This document shows positions 17,698-28,444 of a stretch of 64,000 nucleotides of DNA, in pieces. This DNA is from Candidatus Latescibacterota bacterium (GTDB lineage: Bacteria; Latescibacterota; UBA2968; UBA8231). A program made the position numbers and the translations under genes. The stretch is taken from NCBI GenBank assembly GCA_965203175.1, contig OZ241867.1, forward strand, positions 3,264,001 through 3,328,000, read 5' to 3'. The stretch's first letter is position 1; every line of letters starts with the position of its first letter. The notes beneath the pieces were generated by a model. It had not been told where the DNA came from. It worked only from the letters and a program-made list of their open reading frames with translations, and made no database searches.

Positions 17698-19239
17698 ATG
17701 TGGACATTGAACTGGGTTAAATCGACGCGGGCCGTCCTCGCTCTGATAATCGCTCTGACCACGACTGTTGGTGCCCAGCCGCGCGCTCCGACCGATACCA
17801 CTATCGCGGGCCGCAGCTACACCCTGCTTGAGGCCGGGGAATTAATGGATCTCCTAGGCTCGGCCAAGGACCATAGCCGTCTTGCTTTGCGGCAAACAGC
17901 CGTAAATGGTCGCCTGTCCAGCTTAGCGGCTAATCTCGACACCGTGCGGGCGGCGCTGGAATTGGCCGATGTGCTTTTCCTCGACGAAGTTTTGCTGGCC
18001 GAGGTTGTGTTTCTCGGTCCAGTGATATTTTCTCGCACTACCTTTGCCGCTGACCTTTCTCTAGCTGAAGCGCAATTCTTGCAATCCTTTGCCCTGCGAG
18101 AATGCGAGATAAGGCAAAAAACCAACCTTAGAGATGCGCGCTTCACCGCCGCGGCCGACTTCACCCAAAGTCACCTCGCCGCCGCATTTTCCTGCGCCGG
18201 AGCCCACTTCAGCGACGCTACTTTCGCGCGCCTGCGCTGCGAGGGCGGGGCCTATTTTGAGGACGTTCTCTTTACCGGCCAGGTCGATTTCAGCGACGCC
18301 CGCTTTGCCGGTGTCGCCTCGTTCAAGACAGCGCGCTGGCGCGCTCCCGTCTCCTTTGCCGGGGTGCGCTTTCTGGACCGGTCTTTTTTTTGGCAAGCCC
18401 AATTCGCTGCCGCCGATTTTTCCAGCGCCCGCTTTGCTAGGGAAACCTCGTTTAAGCAAGCCGCTTTCGCGCATCGGGCGACTTTTGCAAATATCGCTTT
18501 CGCCCACTCTGCCCACTTCGAACAAGCCCGTTTTGACGACGGGGCCGTCTTCGCCGGCAGCATCTTCGCAAAAGAAGCGGTCTTTACTGGTGTCCACAGC
18601 GATGACGACCTCCTGCTCAATGCCCTTTTTCGCACCAGTCTCGACTTGCGCCATCTAGTCACTCCCAGCCTAGATCTGCGGCCTTCCGCCGCCATGCCCG
18701 ACTCGCTGCTGGGCCCCGGAGCCCAACTCTTGCTGCAAAACGCGCGTTTCCAGCGCCTGTTCTCCACCTGGGATCATTTGCGCGGCCACTTAGCCCAGCC
18801 CCCAGAGCAGGCCAACTACGATCTGGATCGCGTCTATGCCGGCCTGCGCCACCAGTTCCTCATCTCCGGCATGGCCGCGGATGCCCGCGGCTGTTATATA
18901 GAATCGCTGGATCGCCGTCGCCACCACCTGCCCTGGACCTCTATCGAGCGCTACGCTCTCATCGCCTTTGACCTGAGCTCGCGCTACGGCACCGACTTGG
19001 GGCGCCTAGCCCTAGTCGCTTTGGTTTGGGTGGCGCTCTTTGCCCTGCTGTACCGTTGGTTGCTAATAGATGACCTGATGGAGTGCCTGCTTTTCAGCTT
19101 GCATACTTTTTTTATTGCGGGCGCAGCATCAGTGAGTCCTCATGGCAAAGTGCGCTACTTGGTCCTGTTTCAGGCCCTTTCCGGCTGGCTCTTCTGGGGC
19201 CTTTGCACGGCCGTCTTGGTCTCCTTTTTACTGCGCTGA
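17698..19239 (+). CDS. Pentapeptide-repeat protein with C-terminal membrane (channel-like) domain
   Basis: Signal peptide; repeated F-x-x-A-x-F units; C-terminal TM/pore-helix/TM region. Confidence 0.8.
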   Translation: MWTLNWVKSTRAVLALIIALTTTVGAQPRAPTDTTIAGRSYTLLEAGELMDLLGSAKDHSRLALRQTAVNGRLSSLAANLDTVRAALELADVLFLDEVLLAEVVFLGPVIFSRTTFAADLSLAEAQFLQSFALRECEIRQKTNLRDARFTAAADFTQSHLAAAFSCAGAHFSDATFARLRCEGGAYFEDVLFTGQVDFSDARFAGVASFKTARWRAPVSFAGVRFLDRSFFWQAQFAAADFSSARFARETSFKQAAFAHRATFANIAFAHSAHFEQARFDDGAVFAGSIFAKEAVFTGVHSDDDLLLNALFRTSLDLRHLVTPSLDLRPSAAMPDSLLGPGAQLLLQNARFQRLFSTWDHLRGHLAQPPEQANYDLDRVYAGLRHQFLISGMAADARGCYIESLDRRRHHLPWTSIERYALIAFDLSSRYGTDLGRLALVALVWVALFALLYRWLLIDDLMECLLFSLHTFFIAGAASVSPHGKVRYLVLFQALSGWLFWGLCTAVLVSFLLR

Positions 19240-19242
19240 TTC

Positions 19243-20901
19243 ATGTTCCGCTCTGTCTGTGCCCTTTTGCTGTTCCTATTGCTGGTGGCCTGTATCCGGG
19301 AAGAACCGACGCAGTCCCTGCGCTTTGTCGATGTCGCCCAGACGGCTGGTCTTGACTTTGTACACTACAACGGTGCCCAAGGCGACTATTTCTACGTAGA
19401 GACTTTTGGCTCAGGAGCTGCTTTCTTGGACTACGATGGCGACGGCTGGCAGGATATCTATTTGGTCAACTCCACGTATCTCACCGGACTGGCTCCCGAG
19501 CCTCTGCCGACCGATAAACTCTACCGCAACCGGGGCGACGGCCGCTTTGACGCCGTTCCCGGCAGTGGCGATAGCGGCTACGGCACGGGTGTGGCCGCTG
19601 CCGACTGGGACAACGACGGCGACCAGGACTTATACGTGACCCGCTTTGGCCCCAACGCTTTATACCGCAACGATGCGGGAAAATTCGCCGACAGCGACAG
19701 TGCCAAACGGGCGGGCGTTGACGATGGCCGCTGGGGTGCCAGTTGCGGTTTTCTAGACTACGACCTGGACGGTGACCTCGATCTGTTCGTCGCTAACTAC
19801 GTGGACTTCACTACGGCCAACAACATCATCTGTAAGCGGGGCGATATCCGCACCTATTGCGACCCGGACGAGTATGGCCCAACGAGCGATTTGCTCTACC
19901 GCAACGACGGCCAAAGCCAATTCACTGACATCACCTATGAGGCGGGCATCACCTTAGAGGGCCCTGGTTTGGGCGTGGCCTTTTCTGACTACGACTGGGA
20001 TGGGGATACCGATATCTACGTGGCCAACGACGGCACGCTAAACTTCCTTTATGAAAACCGCCAGACCCACTTCGTCGAAACAGGTCTGACGGCTGGGGGC
20101 CGCTACAACCAGGACGGTCGCGCCGAGGCCGGCATGGGCGTGGATTTTGGCGACTGGGACAACGACGGCAACCAAGACCTGTTCGTCACCAATTTTGCCC
20201 ACGAGACCAATACGCTCTACCACAACGACGGCCAAGGCCAATTCGCCGATATCAGCGCTGAGGTCGGCCTTTTCGAGCCCAGCTACAATCCCCTGGGTTT
20301 TGGGACTAAATTCTTCGACGTCGATCTGGACGGCGACCTCGATTTGTTCGTCGTCAACGGCCACGTCCTCGACATCGTGGAACAGATCGACTCTACGCTT
20401 AGTTATGCCCAGACTAACCAGATTTTGCGCAACGAGGCCAACGCTTGGGATGCAGTCTCCAGCGAGCCGAATCCCAGAAAATTTGTCGATATTTCCTCCA
20501 CTTTGGGTCCTAGTTTTGCCACTCCCAACGTCGGTCGTGGCGCGGCCTTGGCCGACTACGACAACGACGGCGATCTCGATCTGCTGGTTTGCTCTGTGGC
20601 CAGCCCCGCGCGCCTGTTGCGCAATGACGTCGACAAACAAAACCACTGGCTCCTAGTCGAATTAATCGGCCGCCAGCAGCGCGACGCAATCGGCACCCTA
20701 GTCGCCGTCACGGCTGGTGGCCACCGCCAAGTGCGGGAACGCCAGTCCGGCGGCAGCTACCTTTCCAGCCACGATCACCGCCTGCACTTTGGTTTGGGCG
20801 CTGTTGCTAAGGTGGATATGGAGGTGCGCTGGCCCGATGGCACTGTGCAGACGCTTGCCGATGTCGCAGCCGATCAGATTTTGCGCCTAGTACAGCCGTA
20901 G
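19243..20901 (+). CDS. CRTAC1 family protein (FG-GAP/VCBS repeats + ASPIC/UnbV)
   Basis: Lipobox LVAC; many DxDxDGDxDLFV repeats; GGSYLSSHDHRLHFGLG and VRWPDG. Confidence 0.92.
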   Translation: MFRSVCALLLFLLLVACIREEPTQSLRFVDVAQTAGLDFVHYNGAQGDYFYVETFGSGAAFLDYDGDGWQDIYLVNSTYLTGLAPEPLPTDKLYRNRGDGRFDAVPGSGDSGYGTGVAAADWDNDGDQDLYVTRFGPNALYRNDAGKFADSDSAKRAGVDDGRWGASCGFLDYDLDGDLDLFVANYVDFTTANNIICKRGDIRTYCDPDEYGPTSDLLYRNDGQSQFTDITYEAGITLEGPGLGVAFSDYDWDGDTDIYVANDGTLNFLYENRQTHFVETGLTAGGRYNQDGRAEAGMGVDFGDWDNDGNQDLFVTNFAHETNTLYHNDGQGQFADISAEVGLFEPSYNPLGFGTKFFDVDLDGDLDLFVVNGHVLDIVEQIDSTLSYAQTNQILRNEANAWDAVSSEPNPRKFVDISSTLGPSFATPNVGRGAALADYDNDGDLDLLVCSVASPARLLRNDVDKQNHWLLVELIGRQQRDAIGTLVAVTAGGHRQVRERQSGGSYLSSHDHRLHFGLGAVAKVDMEVRWPDGTVQTLADVAADQILRLVQP

Positions 20902-20923
20902 GAACTTTCACAGGAAGAATGCT

Positions 20924-21700
20924 ATGGGCACACTGAACATCCCCGTCCGCTACTGGGCTATGCACAGTGGCTCGCCGGAAGAAAATTTGGAGTCCAATGT
21001 CCACTACGTGGAACCCGTATGGGATATCGAAACCGCGGAAACCGCCCTAATTATGGTAGATATATGGGGTTCGCACGCCTGGAAAAGCCACATGGATCGG
21101 TCCATGGACATCACGGCGAAAAAAATCGCGCCGCTGGTGGAAGCGGCCCGCACGGCGGGTGTGACCATCGCCCATGCCCCTGCGCCCCTAGCGGCGAAAA
21201 AATATCCGCAGTGGACGCGATTCGCCGCCGATGCCGACATCGATCCGCCATTAGAGCAGCCCCCGCCTTGGCCTCCCGAAGATTTTCGTCTGCGCACGGG
21301 AGTCTATGAAAAATACGCGCTGGTGCCCCCGCAAAAACTGCCCCATGTCCGGGAGGCGGAAGACATCGCCGACTTGGTCGCCCCCCAGCCGGAGGATCTG
21401 GTTGTCGCCACGGGCAACCAACTCCACAGAGCCTTGAGCTACCGGCGTATTCTCCATCTGTTCTACGTCGGCTTTGCCACCAATTCCTGTGTTATATTGC
21501 GGGATTACGGCATGCACGCCATGCGCCGTTTGGGGTACAATACCGTGCTGCTGCGCGACTGCACTACGGCAATCGAAAATAGCCAAACCGTCGCCGATGT
21601 GGGCATGACTCGATTTGCCATCATGGACATTGAGCGCAGCAGCGCCAGTGCCACATCCGCTGATTTTATCAAAGCCTGTGAAACCCGTCTCGAAGTATGA
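20924..21700 (+). CDS. Isochorismatase-like cysteine hydrolase
   Basis: TALIMVDIW, GFATNSCV and GYNTVLLRDCT motifs. Confidence 0.78.
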   Translation: MGTLNIPVRYWAMHSGSPEENLESNVHYVEPVWDIETAETALIMVDIWGSHAWKSHMDRSMDITAKKIAPLVEAARTAGVTIAHAPAPLAAKKYPQWTRFAADADIDPPLEQPPPWPPEDFRLRTGVYEKYALVPPQKLPHVREAEDIADLVAPQPEDLVVATGNQLHRALSYRRILHLFYVGFATNSCVILRDYGMHAMRRLGYNTVLLRDCTTAIENSQTVADVGMTRFAIMDIERSSASATSADFIKACETRLEV

Positions 21701-21710
21701 GGAGCGAAAT

Positions 21711-22655
21711 ATGCCAGCGCTAGAAACGAGAGCTTTTGCCAAAACTGGGATGCAGCCCAAATCTCTGGGACTAGGCGGGGCTTGGTGGGGCAGCGGGAGT
21801 GAGGCCGAGTGCATTGCCGGCATCCACCGAGCCCTTGAACTAGGCTTTAATTACTTGGATACATACCCCGAATTGGAAACGTGGTGGGGCAAAGCTCTAG
21901 CCGGCGGCAGAAGGCACAATATATACCTGCAAGCCAAGGTCACTACTAATGGCCCCAAAGAGACGATTTCAGATCACTCGGGGCCGCAAACGCGCCGCAG
22001 CGTGGAAGCTAGTTTAAAGCGCTTGAGAACGGACTATCTCGACAATGTCCTCATCCACGGCTACGACGAGCCCGAGGACGTTGGCAGCAAGGAAGGCATG
22101 GTGGATCCGCTGGGTCCTGGCCATGCCCTAGATGAATTGGTAAAGATGAAAGAAGAGGGCTCAATTCGTCACATCGGCATTGGAGCGCGCAATTCGGCCG
22201 TGCACCGCCGGGCGATCGAGACCGGCCAAATAGAAATTTGCCTCACTTACCTAGAGTACAACTTGTTCAATACGGCCGCAGCTGTTGATCTATTTCCCCA
22301 CGCCCGCCAGCGCCAAGTAGGTCTCATTCTCGCCAGTCCTCTCGGCATGGGGCTGTTGACAGGCGATGAAGAAGTATTCGAGCGCTCAGCGGCCTACTTA
22401 GACAACCGCGAATACCCCGCACGCGGACTCCATCCGGCGGTCCGCGCCCGGGCCATGTGGGACTGGTGTCGGAAACGAGACGTGAACATCCGCCATCTGG
22501 CCATCCAGTTTTGTCTGGCGGCGCCCATCAGCAGCATTGTCCTGCCCGGTGCGGCCTCAAAGACGCAGGTTGAGGAAGCCTACGAGGCGGCTACGGCGGA
22601 TATTGCTCCCGATATATGGCGCGATTTCGAAGTGGAGTTCGGGGTGGGAATTTAG
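21711..22655 (+). CDS. Aldo/keto reductase
   Basis: LGLGG, GFNYLDT, SLKRLRTDYLD and IRHIGIG; ATG 21711 after GAGGAG. Confidence 0.88.
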   Translation: MPALETRAFAKTGMQPKSLGLGGAWWGSGSEAECIAGIHRALELGFNYLDTYPELETWWGKALAGGRRHNIYLQAKVTTNGPKETISDHSGPQTRRSVEASLKRLRTDYLDNVLIHGYDEPEDVGSKEGMVDPLGPGHALDELVKMKEEGSIRHIGIGARNSAVHRRAIETGQIEICLTYLEYNLFNTAAAVDLFPHARQRQVGLILASPLGMGLLTGDEEVFERSAAYLDNREYPARGLHPAVRARAMWDWCRKRDVNIRHLAIQFCLAAPISSIVLPGAASKTQVEEAYEAATADIAPDIWRDFEVEFGVGI

Positions 22656-22658
22656 GTG

Positions 22659-24044
22659 CTAGGGTCTCTCCGCCAATACCCGGACTGAGAATTTCTGTCG
22701 CAGGGCATCCACGTGCCGGCGCTCTTTTTCCTCTCTGGCCAGCCGCTCGGCCCGCCGTTGCGAAGCCCGATCCCATCGGCCCCCTTCCCGCGCTTTTTCC
22801 ACTACGACAAATACGGAGAACTTTCCGGCCCACTCCACCGGCCCGTCGACGGCGTTGATCTCCATACCTTTGGCGCGCTCGTAGCGCATTGATGGTGTGG
22901 TATATGGGCTGAGCTTTACGCGCCCTGCGCTTGCTCCGACGTCTTGGGAGAATATGGGGACCAGTAGCGCCGGATCGGCTCCCCGCGTTATTGCTAGGCG
23001 CAAGTCTTGGGCCAATTTGCGATTGTGGACCACAATCTCGGTGATGGTGATGGCCTCATAGGCGGAAAATTGATCGGGATGACGCGCAAAATAACTTCGC
23101 GCCTCTGCTGGGGATACGTCGATCTGTTCCAGATAATAGCTCAGGAGTACATCCTCGGCGATGGTTCTGAGTTTTGCCTGTAGCTCGGGTTCTTCGTCGA
23201 TACCACTTTGCCGTGCTACGGCATAATAGAGATCGGAGATACGGGCACTGTCGGGCCCAACGGACGAGGAATCGAACTTGCGCAAACCAGATGGATTGTC
23301 CTTAGCACTGCCGATGGTGTATTTATCGCTCAGAGAGATCCCGAGCGCCCGCTCCATCTTTGCCCTGATACGGGAGTGCAGGCGGCGTTCAATAAGCTGC
23401 TGCACGGCGATGAGAGGGACGTGCTTTTCATTGAGGACTTTAAAAGCCACAAAGACGGTATCCGCTTTGATCGGCAGAGGGAGAGCTGGGGAAATGGATC
23501 CCACGGGCAGAGCGAATAATTCGTCGGCTATTTGCTCATTGACCTGTCCTTTGAGCACGTAACCGGGGAGACCCAAAATGGATTTTTTCGCGGCCAAGTC
23601 CTCTACCGCGGCGGCTTTTGTCGCTCTTGCAGAATAGATGAACTTGAGACCGCGATTCCCGTTTGCATCATAGTATTCCTGCAGAATATCTTCTGCGGTC
23701 ACGACGATTTTCGCGTCGACCTGGTGCTCGAGATAAGATGCAATCACCGCATCTCGCCGCTGCCGCTCCAACCGGCGCACAAAAACCGAGTCAGCGGCCA
23801 TACCGACCTTGCGGGCCTCTAGCAGCAACAGCCTTCTGGCGATGAGCTGTTGCAGCGGATCGCTCGTATCGGAGATTGCAGTGCCGGCTCTTATAGCTCT
23901 TTTTTCCCTCCGCTCTGCAAAGTCGCGAAGTTCTGCCGCCGTGATCTTTTCGTCCCCGACCAAGGCGATGACCTCGGTCTCGGGCTGGCCGCAGCTAAAA
24001 AAGAGCGGGCAAAGGAATGCGATTAAGCGTTTTAATTTTATCAT
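22659..24044 (-). CDS. PpiC/SurA/PrsA-like peptidyl-prolyl isomerase lipoprotein
   Basis: Lipobox FFSC; VIALVGDEKIT, LQQLIARRLLLLEARKVG; degenerate parvulin domains. Confidence 0.7.
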   Translation of the reverse strand: MIKLKRLIAFLCPLFFSCGQPETEVIALVGDEKITAAELRDFAERREKRAIRAGTAISDTSDPLQQLIARRLLLLEARKVGMAADSVFVRRLERQRRDAVIASYLEHQVDAKIVVTAEDILQEYYDANGNRGLKFIYSARATKAAAVEDLAAKKSILGLPGYVLKGQVNEQIADELFALPVGSISPALPLPIKADTVFVAFKVLNEKHVPLIAVQQLIERRLHSRIRAKMERALGISLSDKYTIGSAKDNPSGLRKFDSSSVGPDSARISDLYYAVARQSGIDEEPELQAKLRTIAEDVLLSYYLEQIDVSPAEARSYFARHPDQFSAYEAITITEIVVHNRKLAQDLRLAITRGADPALLVPIFSQDVGASAGRVKLSPYTTPSMRYERAKGMEINAVDGPVEWAGKFSVFVVVEKAREGGRWDRASQRRAERLAREEKERRHVDALRQKFSVRVLAERP

Positions 24045-24136
24045 TACAATAAGGTCGGCGGAGCGACTCGTCTGGTGAATAAACGGTACACACCCTACCG
24101 GGCCCATAGACCAATTAAACTGCATAGGTTGCCATT

Positions 24137-26677
24137 TTGAGCCACGGTGCCCACATCGTCCTTCTCGTCCTGTTCTTCCTTTCTGGTGCCTGTACCTTGG
24201 TATATCAGGTGGTATGGGTGCGAATGCTCGTCCTCGTATTCGGCACCGGGGCTTTTGCGGTCAGCACGGTCCTAACAGCTTTTATGGCGGGGTTGGCGCT
24301 GGGCAGCTTCTACTTCGGGCGTCTGGCCGACAAGAGCAAGAACAACCTGCGCTTCTACGCCTTCCTCGAGTTGGGCATCGCCGCCTTTGCCCTAATTTTC
24401 CCCTTAATCCTGAGCGGACTGGACGAAATCCACACTTGGCTCTACCTGCAACTGGAGGCGACGCCCTATGTCTTTGCACTCATGCGCTTCCCACTTTGTT
24501 TTCTCGTCCTGCTCATTCCCACTACGCTAATGGGGGGCACCCTGCCGATTCTAATCCGCTTTGCAACTCGGCACATGTCGCAGGTGGGTTGGAGTGTGGG
24601 GACCTTGTATGCCGCCAATACGTTTGGAGCCGCCTGCGGGGTTGGGACCGCGGCTTATCTGACTATCGAGTATTTGGGTGTCAGCGGCACGACTACAGTC
24701 GCCGTTGTTGGCAATGTTCTCATTGCGATTTTTTCTCTGGCGTGGTGTCGCCGTTTGTCAGACTCAGCCGAGCCACACCGGGTGAGTCTAGGCAAGAGAA
24801 ACAACGCGCAGCAAAAGAGTCCTCCAGCACTACCGAACTGGCTGGTGCAATTGACGCTTTTGGTCTTCTGCGCATCGGGCTTCACCGCTCTGGGATACGA
24901 AGTGCTGTGGACGCGGGTGCTGACCATGATACTGGGGCTGAGCACGGCCCAAAGTCTCAGCATCATCCTGATCGCCTTCTTGTTCGGTCTGGCGCTCGGA
25001 GGGGCTATCGCCTCTCGTTTTGTCGGCCGCTGGCCGGATCTGCTCATTGCATTCGGCGCTGTTGAGATACTCCTGGGCCTGTTTGGTCATATCTCCATCG
25101 GCGCATTCGGCATTAGCACTCATTTCATTCCGTATCTCAGTGCGCTTACCTCGTGGACGGGCTATCTTTTCGCAACAGCTACCTTGGTGTTCTCGATTGC
25201 GCTCATTCCCACCTGTCTGATGGGATTGCTCTTTCCTCTTGTAGGACAACTCAACACTACGCATTTAAAGACCTTGGGCACAAAAATCGGCAAGGTCTAC
25301 GCCGTCAATTCACTGGGATCTATCGCTGGCGCCTTTGGCGCTGGTTTTTTATTGATTCCGCTATTGGGCACAGAGCGTGCGGTACAAGCCTTGGCCTGGA
25401 CCAATATCGCCTTGGGGGCGGTGCTGCTGCTGGCCCATCCAAGCGCCAGTAGCCGTTTTAAGCTGCAAGCCATAGGCCTGCCTGTCAGTGCGGTACTGCT
25501 GCTGACTTGGGTCATGCCGAGTAATCTTTTTATCGCGCTGTTTACAAATACAGAAAAAGACAGCGAGCTTGTCTATTATCGCGAGGATACTGCTGGGACG
25601 GTAACGGTCCAGCAAATGAGCCACGGCAACCGCATCCTCAAAGTAAATGGCATGGGAGAAGTGCCGACAGACCACGCATCAATCAAGATTTTTCGACTGC
25701 TGGGCAATCTGCCGATGATCCTGCACAGCGACCCCCGGCAAGTCTTGGTGATTGCCTTCGGGGGCGGCATTACCCTCAATTCGGTCTTGCTCCACCAACC
25801 CGAGCGGGTGGATTGCGTCGAAGTCGTACCCGGTGTGGTCGAGGCTGCCGATTTTTTTGCCCGCTACAACAACTACGTCTTCAACAGGGTGGGCACGGAT
25901 CACCTCCGACTAATCCACGGCGACGGCAGAAACCACGTGATGCGGACACCAGAGCGCTACGATATCATTATCGCCGACGCGACCCATCCCGGCACGGCGG
26001 ATAGCTGGGTGCTGTACACGGAAGAATTCTACCAGCTCTGTCGCCAGCGACTCAAGAAAGAAGGCTTCATAGCTCAGTGGATTCCCCTGCACGGGCTGGC
26101 CGTAGCCGACTACGAGATGCTCTTGCGAACATTTCGCGCGGTTTTCCCCCACGCGACCCTGTGGCTGACCGACAAATACTCCATTGTGCTGGGTGCAAAC
26201 CAGCCGCAACACATCGACTTTGAATTATTGGCACAACGGCTGTCAGCAACGGCTTTGCAAGAATCTCTGCAAGAGGTAGATCTGGCCGATCCAGTTTCTT
26301 TCGCAGGGACCCTAGCTTTGGATGAGCGTGCTTTTTCAGACTATGCCGGCCATGGCCCTTTGAACACCGACGACCGGCCCTATATAAGCTTTACCGACCG
26401 CAGGCGCAGGGATACGGGCGCGGGTCTGCCCGCTCTGTCAAGCCTGTTGCCCCACCTAGTGGTGGAGGCAAACGAGTCTCTTTTCGCCATGGACGAAGAG
26501 GAGAAACAAAACATTGAGCGCCGCCTCCGATCTCGCAAATACTCAATCCAGGGCGCGGTGTCCCTGCTAAACGACAAAACAGGCGACGCGATTTGGCACT
26601 ACAGACAGGCCCGCAAAATCGATCCGGCCGAAAGAATGGCCCTGCGGGCCCTGAGAAGGTTAGAAGGGGCCGACTAG
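24137..26677 (+). CDS. Fused MFS-like membrane domain/spermidine synthase-like SAM-binding domain with C-terminal TPR
   Basis: FFLSGACTLVYQVVW, YAANTFGA, VLVIAFGGG, DGRNH, YDIIIADATHP and LNTDDRP. Confidence 0.88.
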   Translation: MSHGAHIVLLVLFFLSGACTLVYQVVWVRMLVLVFGTGAFAVSTVLTAFMAGLALGSFYFGRLADKSKNNLRFYAFLELGIAAFALIFPLILSGLDEIHTWLYLQLEATPYVFALMRFPLCFLVLLIPTTLMGGTLPILIRFATRHMSQVGWSVGTLYAANTFGAACGVGTAAYLTIEYLGVSGTTTVAVVGNVLIAIFSLAWCRRLSDSAEPHRVSLGKRNNAQQKSPPALPNWLVQLTLLVFCASGFTALGYEVLWTRVLTMILGLSTAQSLSIILIAFLFGLALGGAIASRFVGRWPDLLIAFGAVEILLGLFGHISIGAFGISTHFIPYLSALTSWTGYLFATATLVFSIALIPTCLMGLLFPLVGQLNTTHLKTLGTKIGKVYAVNSLGSIAGAFGAGFLLIPLLGTERAVQALAWTNIALGAVLLLAHPSASSRFKLQAIGLPVSAVLLLTWVMPSNLFIALFTNTEKDSELVYYREDTAGTVTVQQMSHGNRILKVNGMGEVPTDHASIKIFRLLGNLPMILHSDPRQVLVIAFGGGITLNSVLLHQPERVDCVEVVPGVVEAADFFARYNNYVFNRVGTDHLRLIHGDGRNHVMRTPERYDIIIADATHPGTADSWVLYTEEFYQLCRQRLKKEGFIAQWIPLHGLAVADYEMLLRTFRAVFPHATLWLTDKYSIVLGANQPQHIDFELLAQRLSATALQESLQEVDLADPVSFAGTLALDERAFSDYAGHGPLNTDDRPYISFTDRRRRDTGAGLPALSSLLPHLVVEANESLFAMDEEEKQNIERRLRSRKYSIQGAVSLLNDKTGDAIWHYRQARKIDPAERMALRALRRLEGAD

Positions 26678-26697
26678 CGGCCGAAAAAATAAAGAAG

Positions 26698-28419
26698 CTA
26701 ATTGTCGGCCTGAAATTTTCCGTCTTTGATCATGTTGGGAATATTGGCGGGGAAAATTTCCACGTCGTATTTCTCCCGCAAAGCGCTCACGAACTCCACG
26801 TAGCCGTGCTTGGCCTTGTTGATCCTGACATAGGCGGTGGCGCGTTTTTTTGAAGCGGCATTAAACGGTTTGGGCTTGGCCGCTTCCCGGTCGACTATTT
26901 TAAATACGGAATACCCTTCCGCTACCTTGATGGGTCCGCCGACTTGGCCTATTTCCATATCTTGGGAGAGATCGTATATATGGGGGTAGTGAAGTCGCTT
27001 GTAGGCGTCGAGACGAACAAATCCCCTTTTTTCTCCATGGACCCCGCGAGTGTTGTATTTTGCGATCAATTGCTCTGCATCGGCTCCCTCTTGCAATTGC
27101 TCTTTTACCCGCTGAGCTTCCTCTTCGTTGGACAAAAGAACCTCTGCGGCTATGGTGGCTTCGAGATAGCGAAATTTTGCGGGGTTTTTGTCGTAGAAGG
27201 CACGGGCTTCTTCTTCTTCAACCCTGATATAGGCGTCAACATTGATCTTGCGCAGCAGACTCACGAGTAGATTTTCGCGCTCGTTTTCCACGCTGGCAGC
27301 CAAGGTAGAATCCCGATCTAAGCTTAGGGCGTAGGATTCTTTGAGTAGCATCTGGGCCGTGAGCAGGCTGCGGACCTTGGCCGCTACTAACGCAGTATCG
27401 GCGAGCTGGTGCCGGGTCTCTGGTCCGGCTTTGTGTAGCACGACGGGAAGAAATTCGCCAATGGTCAGATCGCCGTCTCGATAGGAGCCCAATCGCATAG
27501 TGCCTTCCGCCTCGGACACATTGATTTGGCCGCCGGCTGACCGCTCGGCCAAAAATGCCACCCCATCGGCATCTACTAAAGGCTTGTACACGCCTGCCAG
27601 CGAATCGGTCAATGCCGCTCTGCGGGCAATTCGTTTGGAGCCGAAAATTTTCTCCTCGAGGACCCCTTGCACCTCGTTTAAGGCAATGGGCATCTCGTCC
27701 AGCACTTTGAATACGGCGTAGTGCTTTTTCCCTTTATAGGCGAAGGGCATCGGCTTTGATAGGTCACCTACCCGTAGGGTCAATAATTCTTGCAGGGATT
27801 CGTCGGCTGTGTCTCTGGACAAATAGCGTCCCGTGTCTCCACCCCAGGCTTTGGTCGTCTCATCGACAGAATAGGCGTCGACGAGCTGGCGGAACGCCTT
27901 GCCGCTGTTGAGCTCGGCTACTAGTTCGTCGGCTTTTTCCCGCGTCTCGACCACGATGGCTGCAAGGCGCAGCGCTTTGTTCCAAGCCTCGTTCTGGTAG
28001 AGTTCGATCAGTTCCTCTTGCGAAATCGAAATCTGCTGGTCCACTTTGAGATGGTTGTACAACTTCATCATTTCCCGATCTTTGAAGGCGGATAAATCGA
28101 GGATAAAGCCCGGATCGCTGTGCAATTGCTGTGCCTCTGCTTCGGCTAGCAGCACTTTTTTGTCGATCAGCGCATTCAAGACCATGATATTGGCCTCACT
28201 GTCGCTTTTGCCTTCGTGGATGCCGTCCGGCAGGCGGGCGGCGAACGCTTGCAGTTCGACCGTGGTGATTTCTTGCTCCGCTATCCTTGCGACTGCACGG
28301 CTTTGGGGTTCTGAGCCGCACCCGATCTGCAAAGTTAGAACAAAGCAGACGGACAAAATGGTCCAGTCAGTATCGCACTTGGCCGTTCGAGCAAAAACGG
28401 GGAAATACATTAATAGCAC
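26698..28419 (-). CDS. PpiC-type peptidyl-prolyl isomerase lipoprotein
   Basis: Lipobox QIGC; YSVDETTKAWGGDTG, VGDLSKP and IGQVGGPIKVAEGYSVFKI; exact start uncertain. Confidence 0.8.
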   Translation of the reverse strand: MLLMYFPVFARTAKCDTDWTILSVCFVLTLQIGCGSEPQSRAVARIAEQEITTVELQAFAARLPDGIHEGKSDSEANIMVLNALIDKKVLLAEAEAQQLHSDPGFILDLSAFKDREMMKLYNHLKVDQQISISQEELIELYQNEAWNKALRLAAIVVETREKADELVAELNSGKAFRQLVDAYSVDETTKAWGGDTGRYLSRDTADESLQELLTLRVGDLSKPMPFAYKGKKHYAVFKVLDEMPIALNEVQGVLEEKIFGSKRIARRAALTDSLAGVYKPLVDADGVAFLAERSAGGQINVSEAEGTMRLGSYRDGDLTIGEFLPVVLHKAGPETRHQLADTALVAAKVRSLLTAQMLLKESYALSLDRDSTLAASVENERENLLVSLLRKINVDAYIRVEEEEARAFYDKNPAKFRYLEATIAAEVLLSNEEEAQRVKEQLQEGADAEQLIAKYNTRGVHGEKRGFVRLDAYKRLHYPHIYDLSQDMEIGQVGGPIKVAEGYSVFKIVDREAAKPKPFNAASKKRATAYVRINKAKHGYVEFVSALREKYDVEIFPANIPNMIKDGKFQADN

Positions 28420-28444
28420 CTTTTTTTAGTTCAGCGCTCCATCC

